The notes beneath the pieces are model-generated. The model saw only the letters and a program-made list of their open reading frames with translations, did no database searches and was not told the DNA's origin. This document shows positions 39,910 to 54,229 of a stretch of 64,000 bases of DNA, in pieces. Source of the DNA: Octopus vulgaris (lineage: Eukaryota); contig OX597816.1 of NCBI GenBank assembly GCA_951406725.2, positions 96,038,001-96,102,000 of the forward strand, written 5' to 3'. Each line of letters begins with the position of its first letter. Positions within the stretch are counted from its first letter, which is position 1. The position numbers and the translations under genes are program-made.

Positions 39910-41645
39910 AACACAGAGTAGTCCTCTTCTGCGCCATATGTGACAGAAATCATCGCAGCCACAAGTATTCACACAGTTTCACCAATCGAGTAATAATCTT
40001 CCACGCACGTCTGTCACACGTCCAATGCGTCAAGATGCTATGACGTTCCACAAATGACTATCACTCCTTCAGCCATCAAAGTATCACTATACCCATAATT
40101 GCAGCTCATAACCAGTCCTATGAATGCACTCCTGCACACACACACAAACACACACACACACTCACGCGCGCTCGCGAATGCCATTCACACCCATAAATAA
40201 ACGGATCACCATACCTACAAATGCCTCTACCACCTTCACCCATGGAAACCCCATACTGACCTTCCTTACTGTTGTATCATCATAACCACAACTGACTATC
40301 ACATCTTCCTTCATCACAACAACATCATATCACAACATCATCATATTTAGTGGTTATTCCCACAATACCCCACAAAAATTGACCATCACATCTACAAATG
40401 ATACTCATACAGCCGAATTTCAAGCTATAACTAAATTAGCTATTTTTCTTCTACGTCTGCCTATATTCACGTCTCGGTACTATCTCAGGCTCACGTGTCC
40501 GTTATTCTTTACCGATCGAAGTACCTTTTAGAAGCATGATTGCCATCAAAGTACCCGAAATTGCCACTGCACCTTCACCGAAAGAGCTTTCGTCATATTC
40601 ACAGTTGTCACTTCCACTCCCACTCCCACTGTTACCCACCACCACAATTTCCACTCCATTCATCCAATTATTATCACATCAAATGTGTTCCTCACATCGC
40701 ATTCCTCAAGTTAACATCTCACACACACACAAATGTCATACATATCCATATCCATCGCAGTATCAGTAAATTCTCTTCACATTTCTATAAAACCATAATA
40801 GTTCCTTTCGTAATCCACAGCCCATTATTTAAATCGTACATCAGCCCATATATCTTTTTTTCCACAGCTACCCTACACACAACAGAACGATCAAGACCCA
40901 CTCTCCATTTCCATTAAGGTCTTGTCACGCACGAAAATCCTTAAATAGCTATCCACCTCTTGTAATCTAATAGCCCATTCTACCTGTTCTCCTAAGCCTC
41001 TGTCTTTCATAGTTCCACAGACGCACACACTCCAGTGGTTATGTATAATCTAATCCAATTGCCATTTGTCATTCAAAGCATCCCTATCTCCCCGCTCTCT
41101 CTCTCTCTTACTCACAGCCCCCCCCCCCCCCAACACACACAGACGCATACACGCTCACTGCAATTTCTACCTAGACACTCCAGTATTCACGCGCCCACTC
41201 CAATGGCCGCCAACTCATCTGAATTCACCTGCATATGAAGCCAACAGCCATTTACCATACACTTCATTCATACCGTATACACACACACACACACACACAC
41301 AGAAGACGCCCATATACTACAAGAGACTTATGCAGCACACTCCAGTATCCACCCACGCAACTCAGAAACCACCTACACTCTCCTGTTGCTACGCATACTC
41401 TACTCACACTCCAGCTGTCACCCCACACACCATCAATCATTCACACGCTTCAGTAAACCATGCACCTTCCCCACTATAGCCCACCCAGATTGTCATCCAT
41501 AATCTTTCGTTTAATCTCTAAGCCTCTATAAAATACACACACACACACACACACAGAATCCCGTGGCCATTAGGACTATAATCTAATATTCCTCCAAGCC
41601 TGCCAAGACACACACTGGTTCTTTCTCCCGTTCTCTCTCTCACTT

Positions 41646-41679
<34 letters not shown>

Positions 41680-41830
41680 TAGTAAATACGGGTCTCTTCG
41701 AAAATTCTCGCCCCTTTCCATCAACTCTTTAACCCAAGTTTTCTTTACGCACTCTCAAATCCGAGCCAAGCCCTCTATAATCCTAAATTCTTGTTAACCT
41801 AAATGGCTGGTCCCACCCATACCCAGTCTT
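38820..41830. repeat. ~3-kb C/A-skewed low-complexity field with (CA)n and (CT)n tracts
   Basis: Plus strand visibly depleted in G; many CA and CT arrays. Confidence 0.75.
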
Positions 41831-41874
41831 TTACGTTCCTTCTTCATTCTCCTCACTCACGCTCTCTCGACTAA

Positions 41875-42020
41875 TATTCTTTTCTACTCTGGGCGCAAGG
41901 CTCGAAATTTTTGGAGAGGGGGCCAGTCTATTAGATCGACCACAGTACGCAATGAAAAGCAAAGTCAACCTCGGCGAATTTGAACTCAGAACGTAACGAC
42001 AGACGAAATACCGAAATTCC
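41875..42020 (-). mobile_element. SINE family A copy with internal deletion
   Basis: AAAGTCAACCTCGGCGAATTTGAACTCAGAACGTAACGACAGACGAAATACC. Confidence 0.75.
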
Positions 42021-42728
42021 TGATACTCGGCTTCATTCCAGTCCAGAACGTCAGCAATAAACAAACAATTAAAGCTGTAATTTAGCTTACGTCACTTCTG
42101 ATCAGCCATTCCATCCATGATCAGCACAACTTTTTTTAATATCGTATTATGCAATGTTTTAAGGCGGTGATGATGTAATCATTAGGATATTTGACAGTTT
42201 GAACCATCTTCGATACAAATAATTTCATTTGATAGTGATCGTGTTGTTACTGTTCCTGTTGTTCAACCTTAACTTAGCATTGAGCGTCTCATCATTTAAT
42301 ATACTCAGGACCATATTGTCAAATGCGACATTCCTTATCTGAAATCACACCCTACTATATTCAACAAAGAGGGAGACATTGATAGAATAGTTCGAGATAC
42401 GTTATGCCAAAAATATGTTAGGTGAGTTATGACAAGAACGACAATTAAATAATAAAATGTCGGAATAATTGTTGTTGGTTGTGATTTTTTTGTTGTGGCC
42501 CGAGATCATGACCGATCTAACACAGATGTAAAATGGAAATAGTCAGTGTCTATACTAGGTGTCATTGACATATCCATTTAGTTATGACATTTCACTTTTT
42601 AAAGAAGTACTTTTATATTGCTATCAGCCTTGCCATGGTTTACAGTACGAAGTGTTACCGATGAGTCATTCGCTTTTTCTAACACAGACCAGTCTGTTTT
42701 TTTATATGTTAATAATTAGGTCGTGGTA

Positions 42729-42950
42729 AGGCGGCGAGCTGGCAGAATTGTTTCCGCACCGGGAAAATGTTTGGCAGCATAGCAGCATTTCTTTCGACTT
42801 AACGTTCTAAGTTCAAATACCACCGGGGTCACCTTTGCCATTCATCCTTTTGGGTTGATAAAATAGTAACAGTTGTGCATTGGTGCCGATGATATTTTCT
42901 TACCGTCTCTCTCGAAATTATTGGCCTTGTGCCAGAATCTGAAACCAATA
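42729..42950 (+). mobile_element. SINE family A copy (older)
   Basis: GGCGGCGAGCTGGCAGAATTG...AAGTTCAAATACCACCGGGG...TTCATCCTTTTGGGTTGATAAAA. Confidence 0.8.
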
Positions 42951-43149
42951 ATTATGGTTGTGGTGAACTAAACAGTGAATGCAGGTGTTACGAGCTCAGT
43001 CGGGGAGTTATAATTGTCGCACTCTGCATTTACACTCGTTCTTAGTATCCTAGTACCACCAAGTTGCTATTGTGTAGTCCAGGTCAGTCCTGATCGATCA
43101 GTCCTTCAGTATGTCATTCAGATACCCGACCAAACGACGGGGTGCTATG

Positions 43150-44750
43150 CATATCTATTTTCACATTTATATCATGACTTCATTTAAGCGGGATCATACC
43201 GCACACGCTGAAAGGAATTATATTGGATTCAACTTCACCGTATTGACAGTTTTTTTTTTTCCACATCCTCTGTATGCCGCAATTCTGGTGGTAACCAAGG
43301 CAAAGTCGGGCAAAGTAACCTCGGACAGATCGAGGCAGTTGCTATTCTTCAAAATTTATTGTTTGGAGGATTGTGCAGTGAGGGCATTGGTAGTGAAGTT
43401 ATTTCTGTTATGTATGTGTACCTTATACTTGTATAGGCTGAGTAGGAGAAGCAACGCTTTGAAGACGTATCTTTACTTCGTGATGATGTATGTATGTCTG
43501 TTTATCTAAAGGTGATTTTTGTGTTGTAACAGGAATTGGAGAGGTTGAAGCTTGCTATGACAACACACTGCACTCATAAGAAAACACTTTAACGTCCAAT
43601 AGACCTTTCATATTTTGTATTATAGTTTGTGTGTATAGCTCTGGTCTGTGTAGTATGTACACAATTTGCTATGGTGCACACTTGTGCAGATTTGTCTTCT
43701 CTGTAGTTTGTTGTGGAGAGATTGGGACCTATGCAGAACTGGAATTGTCAAATGTATAATTTACACATCATTATAGATACTTTATGTTGACCAAAAATAA
43801 TACTGACAGTCGCTCTACGTATATTTGTACGTCAGGATTCTGAATTATATATATAGGCTGCGGTAGTTGCGCAGCAATACCTGGAGAATGCAGGCAATAT
43901 ATGAGTATGATGTCACCTGAGTGTGTGGCTTCTGTTTCTGAAGAGATGAGGGAAATCATGTAGGTACAGGTCGAAAACATCGGTTGAGAGAACGGATATT
44001 TACTGAGTACTGAGTTAAGGAAATTATATGTTCAGGAAGCATTCTACAGACACTTGACGGTCTGACAGACAGTTTCCAAGCCAGTGTCGAGTATGTTTTA
44101 GATGAGTGGATGGCAGTTAATGGAAACTGAAGCGTTTATATATGTCTATGGTTGTTAGAACGGAATATATGTGATATTTTTTGTTGTTGAAGCTATCAGG
44201 TATTTTCTGTGTTAGTTTTGTGAGTCTGTGTAAAACATTCAGTAATAAGCTGAATTCACGTTGTGATCTAGGAGCGATAATATGTGAGTGGATGATGTCG
44301 AGAATTAACCTTTGTTCCGGTTTTTTGAAGATGGCTTATATGTCTGTATGATGATAGTATTCTGCATAATGTTAGTATTCTAGTTTTAGTTGGAGCTTAG
44401 AATTGTTATCATTTTGGGAATTTGACTATATTCATATTAGTAGTCACTTTTATAAAATAGTCAACGCAGGGATTCTTTCCGGTCTCTGCTGTGTCAGACG
44501 TATATTTGTGATAACGTGATATATATATTAGTGATAACATCAGATATATACTTGTAATATCGCCTGTTTTTTTACATTTTAGATTTCCATATCATTATGT
44601 GGGTGTCTGACGGAAGGTGAATAATTTTAGTTTAATATTTCAGTCTTCTTTGTATGTTTTTTTTAATGGCTTATATTCGAAAATGCTTGGAAAGAGTGTT
44701 TCCATGGTGTTGCATTATAGGTATACTACTTGAGATATGATATGTGATGT
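43150..44750 (-). mobile_element. Old Penelope-like element remnant (tentative)
   Basis: Minus strand shows FLDII-like codons (~44295) and LIYCLH...IYI (GIY-YIG-like spacing, ORF 43771-43980). Confidence 0.4.
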
Positions 44751-44836
44751 GGCTGTTGTTAGTGGTGGGGGAAGCTAATTTCTTTATATAATGTTAAAAT
44801 TTTATTTGGCTATGAATGGAACTACTATTTGACATT

Positions 44837-45828
<992 letters not shown>

Positions 45829-45849
45829 ACGAAGAGCGCAATTCGATTG

Positions 45850-47500
45850 CAATTTATATTTTATTCGTTGAACGATATTTCGACAGTAAGTCTGTCTTTG
45901 TCAATTTCAAAATAAGAAGTGACAAAAATTCAAAATTATAGAAATTTAAATTAAAAGTATGAACGAGAGCAACCAGCGTACACATGTTGATGGAATGACA
46001 TCATCAGTCTTCAAGTTTCAATTTTATAACAGGCGAAAAGAAAAAGACGGAAAAAAAGGGGAAAGAAAAAAGAAAAAGGTGTATTTAGTCAAACAGTTTT
46101 GTATAAATTTGATGATAATCTCCTGTCATTTTATTCATTCCTCCAGGGTGTGATGTTCATAACCCGCAAGCATATTTCTCCACATGTATTCTGAGATGTG
46201 AATACAGAAAATAGATGACAGAAAAAAGACAGAAAAAATGCAGAAAAAAAAAGGAAAGAAAAAGAAAAAGAATATTTAACCAACCAGCTTTATGCTAATT
46301 TGAGGATATTCTCCGATCATTCTCCAGGGCTTGATGTTAATAATCTGCAAACATGTTTCCCCTCATGCATTTTGAGAAGTAAGTGAAGTAGATTCAGAAT
46401 ATTTTCTGAGAATATGCACTTTCAAGTCTTTTTCAAAATTGCAGCCGTTTGAAACGAAATGTTCAGCAAGTTCTTTCAAACTACTCTTATTATGCCTCAC
46501 GTCGAATCTGTGCCCATTATTTCGCTTCTATAATTGTTCTGTTGAACAACCAACATATATCAAGATGATGTGTTTCGTGCATTCTGCCGCGTACACCAAA
46601 TAGGAATCACTACATGTCCTACCTTCTTTATAAATCATAACACTTCTGTTATGATTCCTGATGGAATTCACTTGACTCATGTTGTTGCACAATGAACAGG
46701 GCTTACCTCCCTTGCGGCTGTTTTTCAAGGTACAGCATGCAGATACTCTAATGTTCGTTTATTTTTTGGAATCAGAAATATAATTCTGTTATATTCTTAT
46801 TCCGCCTATTGGCTACAAGAATCGGCTGAGGGAATATCTGTTTGAAACGAGGATGTTTTTTCGCCACATTCTGGTAGCTTTCATGCGACACTTTTGAAAT
46901 GCCAGCGAAATTTAGGTGCCAGTTGATCACTTAATGAATTCTGTCATCTATTGTATTGCATTTGCTAAAATAATGTGTGAATGTTTGACTATCTTTGCTA
47001 ATCTTAGCTTTTTCATTTGCTATTTCCTTTAATCGGTATTCACTGAAACCGCGTTTGACATAATGATGTACAAAAGTATTTGCATGTTTCCAGTAATCTC
47101 CTATGTCAGTACAAATCCGTTTTATCCTAAAAAATTGGGATTTAGTATTTGACCGAATCATATGATGTGGTTGATCTGAGCGGTAGTGGAGATAAATGTG
47201 CGGTGACGTGGCTTACAAAATAACTCTGTCACTATTCTGCCTCCAGGAAACTTAACTTTTGTGTCCAAAATTTCAACGCTAGTTTTTGTAAAACTAGACG
47301 TAAATTTTATGTTGTACTTAAAGCTATAGTTTTAGTATAACAGTGACAGAAATGCAAAAATTCAATTAAACTATCCAGTGATCATTCCCAGTCAAAAAAG
47401 ACGTCATCAATGAACTGTAACCAGAGTATTTGTTGATGGACATGAAAGGATTTGATTGTCTTCAGTAACTGTGTCTCAAGATACAGTTACTGAAGACCTG
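45850..47500 (-). mobile_element. 5'-truncated Penelope-like element: RT C-terminus, GIY-YIG endonuclease, pseudo-LTR
   Basis: WLQFIDDVF (47397-47423), KSQFFRIKRIC, CSLC...C..SYLVYAAECTKH..IYVGCST, EKYACGL.T.HPGGMN; duplicated ORF end (46040-46200 vs 46225-46380). Confidence 0.85.
45869..45909 (-). ncRNA. Decayed minimal hammerhead in the PLE 3' pseudo-LTR
   Basis: Reverse complement TGAAA-TTGACAA-A-GACAG actta CTGTC-GAAA-TA-TC-GTTCA; core is two transitions away from CTGACGA; perfect 5-bp stem II. Confidence 0.6.
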
Positions 47501-47611
47501 TCCTCTGTAGCCATTGGTGCATTAGACTTTGATCAATGTTTGGCGTTGACAGGCGGTTAGGGTATTTTCCATGCATATTATTTATTATTACCATTATTAG
47601 TATTATTTTTA

Positions 47612-47995
47612 TTGGCGAGCTGTCAGAATCATTAAGAATGCCGGGCAAAATGCTTAACGGTATTTCGTCTGCCGCTACGTTCTGATTTCAAATTCCGCCG
47701 AGGTCGACTTTACCTTTCATCCTTTCGGGGTCGATTAAATAAGTACTAGTTAAGCACTGGGGCCGATATAATCGACTTAATCCGTTTGTCTGTCCTTGTT
47801 TGTCCCCTCTCTATTTAGCCCCTTGTGGGTAGTAAAGAAATAGAAATGGGTATTTCGTTCGACTTCACATTCTGAGGTCGACTTAGCTTTTCAACCTTTT
47901 GGGGACGATAAAATAAGACTAGTTAAGTACTGGGGTCGATGTAATCAAATTACCCTCGCCCTTAAATTTCAGCTCTTGTGCCTTTAGTAGAAATG
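47612..47995 (+). mobile_element. SINE family A with duplicated core
   Basis: Head plus core twice, same junction GTAGTAAAGAAATAG..GTATTTCG as the 3650-3952 copy. Confidence 0.85.
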
Positions 47996-48743
47996 ATTAT
48001 TATTGTTGTTGTTGTAGCTGCTACTGTCTTTTTTTTTCCAGTGTTGTTTGATGCTGAGATTCATTGCAGTTGTGCATGATTCCTGACTTTTATGAAGTTG
48101 AATGTTTGTATTGTGTGACGAAAGGTTTGAAACTTTATGTTGATATACATTATATTGCTAGTTTTATCACGGGAGCGTTCCTTTCTTCGAAGGCCTTCAT
48201 TTCTGGTGTAGTACTTTTCCTTATTTTTTAACGAATGTTATTAATGTACTTTTTTCTATATAAAATGCTCCTGTTGTATAGGGATTTGTCTCGTACGATT
48301 TGAGTGTTATTAAGAATCGTGAGAGTTCGGTTTTGGTAGAAAGAATTATTGCTACATTAATGCCATGGGATAATAAAATCATTTATTTCTACACACACAC
48401 ACTCACACACACAGACACACAGACACATACACATGCGCACACACACAACATACATACATATATTTAATAGTGTTAGTCTTTTATGAATAATTTTTTTAAA
48501 GATTTATTTTATCCTTTTACAAAATTTATTTTTGCGTGCTTAAAGTATATTTTCAAATTTATTCCTTGCGGTAAAATAACAGCATTATAATTTTGATTTC
48601 CCTTGTAAAGTAGTGTATACACACACACACACACACACATGCCCGAAACATCAAAGTCCTTTTTCCTTCTTTTCAAATGTTAAACTAACACCTTTATCAA
48701 AATTTGTCTCTCTTCTTCCGTGTTTCTTTGTTTCTGCTCAATC

Positions 48744-48781
<38 letters not shown>

Positions 48782-48913
48782 TAATCGAAAAATCGCAAGT
48801 AACGACTAAAGAGGTAGACCTCAATAACGTTGGAAATAGAGGACTATATTTATTGAATGACACAGTTGAGACATGCATACAAGACTCCAACAATACAATT
48901 GTAGGCGTATCAT

Positions 48914-48948
<35 letters not shown>

Positions 48949-49596
48949 TAATGAAGTCAACTTTTTGCAATATAAGACCAAAAAACAAAGATTTAATTCT
49001 CACCAGTTGTGACTGAGGATGCCGAGTAGCACCTATATTGTTAGAAATAGAAATTAAAAATCCTTAGAGCTGCAAGAAAGCGCATTTTCACATACTGACA
49101 GGGGAGATAACCGCTCCCCAGTGAAGCTAGATTAATATACTAGACTAGTTTCGCTTGAAAATTACAATCTCCTGAGTAGTGACTTCTCCATCGTTGGATG
49201 GTTTGGCTAAATCATGACACTCAGTATATATATATATATATATTTATCGTATAAATGTAGTATGGCTGATTCAGAAAAATGTTAATGTTAAAATTATAAT
49301 ATATATGTAAATATTTTGTCAGAGTTTTAATATTTTAAAATATTTGTCAGAAAAATACCTTAATGAGGATTTTAGAGTTCGCTTCTTGCGAAGTTATTTT
49401 CACTGTCGTTCTCTGAAGGAGTTCAGTTAGATAGATTTCCGTGTGACTACGATTTTCACTTGTTCTATATTGTCTCCATAACCAAATCGTCTTTCTTTCT
49501 GTCGAAGGTTCGTTTTGTTTGAGAAGGAATTGGTAACCCCTGGCTCAAACATCATAGCATATCCAGACTGGCAGCCTAATTAATAACCATGCCAGT

Positions 49597-49997
49597 TTTA
49601 CTCTCTTTACTCTTTTACTCTTTTACTTGTTTCAGTCACTTGACTGCTGGCATGCTGGAGCACCGCCCTTAGTCGAGCAAACCGACGCCGGGACTTATTC
49701 TTTGTAAGCCTAGTACTTATTCTATCGGTCTCTTTTGCCGAACCGCTAAGTGACGGGGACGTAAACACACCAGCATCGATTGTCAAGCAATGCTAGGGGG
49801 ACAAACACAGACACACAAACACACACATACATATATATATACGACAGGCTTCTTTCAGTTTCCGTCTACCAAATCCACTCACGAGGCATTGGTCGGCCCG
49901 GGGCTATAGCAGAAGACACTCGCCCAAGATGCCACGCAGTGGGACTGAACCCGGAACCATGTGGTTGGTTAGCAAGCTACTTACCACACAGCCACTA
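49597..49997 (-). mobile_element. Full-length SINE family B
   Basis: A box TGGCTGTGTGG, B box GGTTCAGTCCC, central microsatellite, LINE-like tail GGCGGTGCTCCAGCATG...CAGTCAAGTGACTGAAACAAGTAAAAGAGTAAAAGAG. Confidence 0.92.
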
Positions 49998-50071
49998 CTG
50001 CTGCTAATTGATTTTAACACGTCAGAGTAGGGACTAAACGTCATGAATTAATTTTGCTTCCAAGCAGCGGT

Positions 50072-50299
50072 TACTCTTTTATTTGTTTCAGTCATTTGAC
50101 AGCGGCCATGTTGGAGCAGCACCTTTAGTCGAACAAATCGACCCTACAACTTATTCTTTGTAAGCCTATTACTTATTCTATAGGTCTCTTTTACCGAACC
50201 GCTTAGTTACAGGGACGTAAACACACCAGCATCGGTTGTCGAGCGATGGGGTGGGGTAGGGACAAATACATACACACACATACAAACATACATTCAAAC

Positions 50300-50344
<45 letters not shown>

Positions 50345-50502
50345 TACGACGAGCTTTTTTCAGTTTCCGTCTACCAAATCCACTCACAAGACTTTGGTCG
50401 GCCCGTGGCTATAGTAGAAGACACTTGCCCAAGGTGCCATGCCGTGGGGCTGAACCAGGAACCATGTGGTTGGTAAGCAACCTACTTACCACTTAGCCAC
50501 TC
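50072..50502 (-). mobile_element. Full-length SINE family B, adjacent copy
   Basis: Colinear with 49597-49997. Confidence 0.92.
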
Positions 50503-52863
50503 ATTTATTAATAATGTAATTGTAAGCATCATTACTATGTTTGAGATGTCTTGGTAATCTAATAAATATTTGGACTCCTTAGTTGTACACATATAGAGAT
50601 CTGAGACTTTGCAAGCATCATTAACAAGTATACGAGTTGTTTATGTAATATAAGTTTCTATAATTTATCAAGGATATTGAAACATCGAATGAATTATCTG
50701 CCAGAATAAAAGACAAAATTCCTCATCCTGTCAATAGTTTATTGTCGGTAGCCCAGACTGTAACTTTCAAATAATAACGCAGTCGGTGATAATATATTAG
50801 AATGTAGTAAGGCAAAAAAATTTTAGATAACTTATAACTGTAACCAAAGCACGAAGAACTACTCATTATCTTAATGATTAAGTTTAATAAAAAACCGTGG
50901 AGACAAACTTTGAATTTAAATTAATTTGTGTTAATTAAAAACTGAATACTGTAGAGATTGCATTTGATCATTTGTGGTATGATGACATTTCCCAATTGAT
51001 GACAAGACCAGTTCACTTATTTATATGTAACACAACTCACTTCTCTAAGTAGCATCATCCGTGGGTCCACTATAAAATTGATACATGGTTCGTTAGTATG
51101 CAGGGCTACATACAAGTTCTATGGTTCTTTGTCGTTTAATAAAGAACACGTTTCCAGAAGCTGACTTATCTTTACTGGTTTTAATTCAAAATATAGCGTT
51201 TACAGTAAGAAAGAAGACGAAGCTGTATCTGAAACAGTAATAAATACTGATCTCAATTGTAAGTCAATATATTACATACACACATGCACACACATATATA
51301 CATGGTGACTGTCTACTTGTAAACGAGTATGCCCATCTCTGACATATTATCTTATTTCAGATGTTAAAGATAATGGCTGTTAGTAATACTGAAATTCAAA
51401 GTCAATATCAGCTGGCACAACGGCGTTAAGACTATGACCTACAAAACCAAGCAGCCCAGAAACAAGCAAGGTCAAGATATCCAGTTTTACAATGATTCGG
51501 ATATTATTTCAGAATTCCCTTCTGGAGTAGTGTCTAAATAAAGACAAGGGTTCTTTCAGCACCAGCTGTGAGGTGACCATTGACTCTACTGAGTGCATCC
51601 GTTCTTTGACAGACTTTATTTTGCCTCGTGCATGATGTCCGATAAAACTACCCTCCTTATCAAGCAGGCCTGGAAGAGTTGGCGATTTTCTTGCCGACCG
51701 CCCGACCATGTGACCGGTTTTACAGTGTTACGTGTTACCAGTAGCACAGAGAATGGCCTGACATACAACACTATAATATACATACATATATATGTCGGTG
51801 TGCGTGTATGTGTGTGTGTGCGCGCGCGCGTACGTGTGAGTATGCGTGCGTATGTGTGTGTGTGTAACTTGCATAAAACAGGCACGTTAACTTTTGGTGT
51901 GATTTAAATAATACTACAGATCCTATGCATTCAATATAGAGATATTGAAAACTTGGAATGATCACGCTCATCTTACATAATCGCCAACACAACTACATCA
52001 TAAACAATGTTACAATATGAATTCATTATCACCAACATATTACTATCCACTATCCTCACTGTTCTTGTTACTATGTTACTATCACAACTCTATCATAATC
52101 ACCAAATTACAACCGCAAATACTTCACCCAGAGTACCGCCATTACTAGTACACCACTAACACCATTTAATTCCCATTATCATGATAGCCATCATCCCGTC
52201 ATTGTTATTACACCTTCAATACCAACCAAACCCTAGCACTGTTTCCATCACCTGTATCACTTCTAGCGCTAATAATTCTCAAATTCAATTCGACGTCATG
52301 ACAAAGACAACTTAAATTCCAGCAATTACCAAAATAATACAATAATCTAACAAAACTACTCTCCACTTTGCAATCTTGTTTACATTACACTGTATTATCT
52401 TAAACAAAGGACACATTAGATGGTGTAATTCTCGCATATAATGTGTCACAAAATAGGAAGAGGTGTAATTACTACGTTTTTCATCATACACATGATTGAT
52501 CAGTACTGATCGGGGACCAAACAATCACTATAACACAAAAATATCCCCTAGCAATAACAATGGTGACAATAGTAAGTACTAGAAACAATGACATGATATT
52601 TCAATGGCGCAAGAAATAATGTAGTAATATTCATATAGTTCATCCCAGAAACCCAAATACACCCCATTTCCGAACACATACGCACTACCATTTAATGTAA
52701 AGTCTTATAACTTACATAATATTTTGCATTTAATACGTTGATGACATTCAAGCTTTAAAGGGGTATGGCAACATATCAAGAATACAAGTATTAAAAATTA
52801 ATAGGCATAATGGGATGAGTTAAGTTATTAAAAACACGCGTACACAAGCATACACTCACACAC

Positions 52864-52911
<48 letters not shown>

Positions 52912-53089
52912 CTTACAAACAGTTATTTCTAATTACAAACTTCATTCATAAAACCCGGGAGCACTCAGAAAGAGCTAGGGAGATCAGCCGTTAATAGACA
53001 TCGTCTTCATGTCTTGGGCATGTTGTTCTTTTTTTACTTTCACTACTGCTGGTTTATTTCTTTTGGCTTTCTTTATCTTGCAGGAATAA

Positions 53090-53560
53090 GACCATCACGT
53101 GGTTTAACTACCAAACATGCAGCAATGATATATTTCGCCCTGCGCCGCTAAGTTTCATTGATCGCTTCGTTACTCCCTGAGGGTGATACAACGGCAGGAT
53201 AGCTCTATGATATTTAGAAATCCTTAGCGACCGAATACTCACACAGATCCCACCCAACTACATGCTGTAGATATCCTCTTTGCTCACCTCATGAGCGTAA
53301 TATTGCGGAAAGTTGACAACCTAAATGCCATCCTCCACGGAAACATATCTCAACACTCATATATTTCTTCATATTACGAAAATAGCCTGTGATCAACGAA
53401 TGGCGATCCAACAACACCATCTCTCTCTATATTTCTTTCCGTGTCATAAAAATCACACACATACACAGTCTACCTCAAACCTTTCCAGTGAAATACACAT
53501 CCTGTCACTGACATAGCTTGATCTATGCTTCCTCTTTCGAGGCAATATAGAAGGTAACCC
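53090..53560 (+). mobile_element. Old Penelope-like RT remnant (tentative)
   Basis: AAAATCACACAC...TACCTC...TCCAGT...CATCC resembles K.TH...YL...S.HP. Confidence 0.3.
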
Positions 53561-53629
53561 CACTTTATTGGTTGTTTTTTGGAAAAACATATACGTCACC
53601 TCCTCTATCCGTCTTTCTAGGATAAAATC

Positions 53630-54199
<570 letters not shown>

Positions 54200-54229
54200 C
54201 TTTTCTACTATAGGCAGAAGGTGCATCAA

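Noticed and set aside
48613-48948. 111-aa ORF with poly-Ser
   Set aside because: Bounded by CA/TG repeats, driven by (TCA)n, no recognisable domain or splice context
49920-49997. tRNA-like A and B boxes
   Set aside because: SINE heads continuing into SINE bodies; no full cloverleaf
51345-51475. Acceptor-like sites at 51360 and ~53081
   Set aside because: All frames stop quickly, no good donor, no recognisable protein
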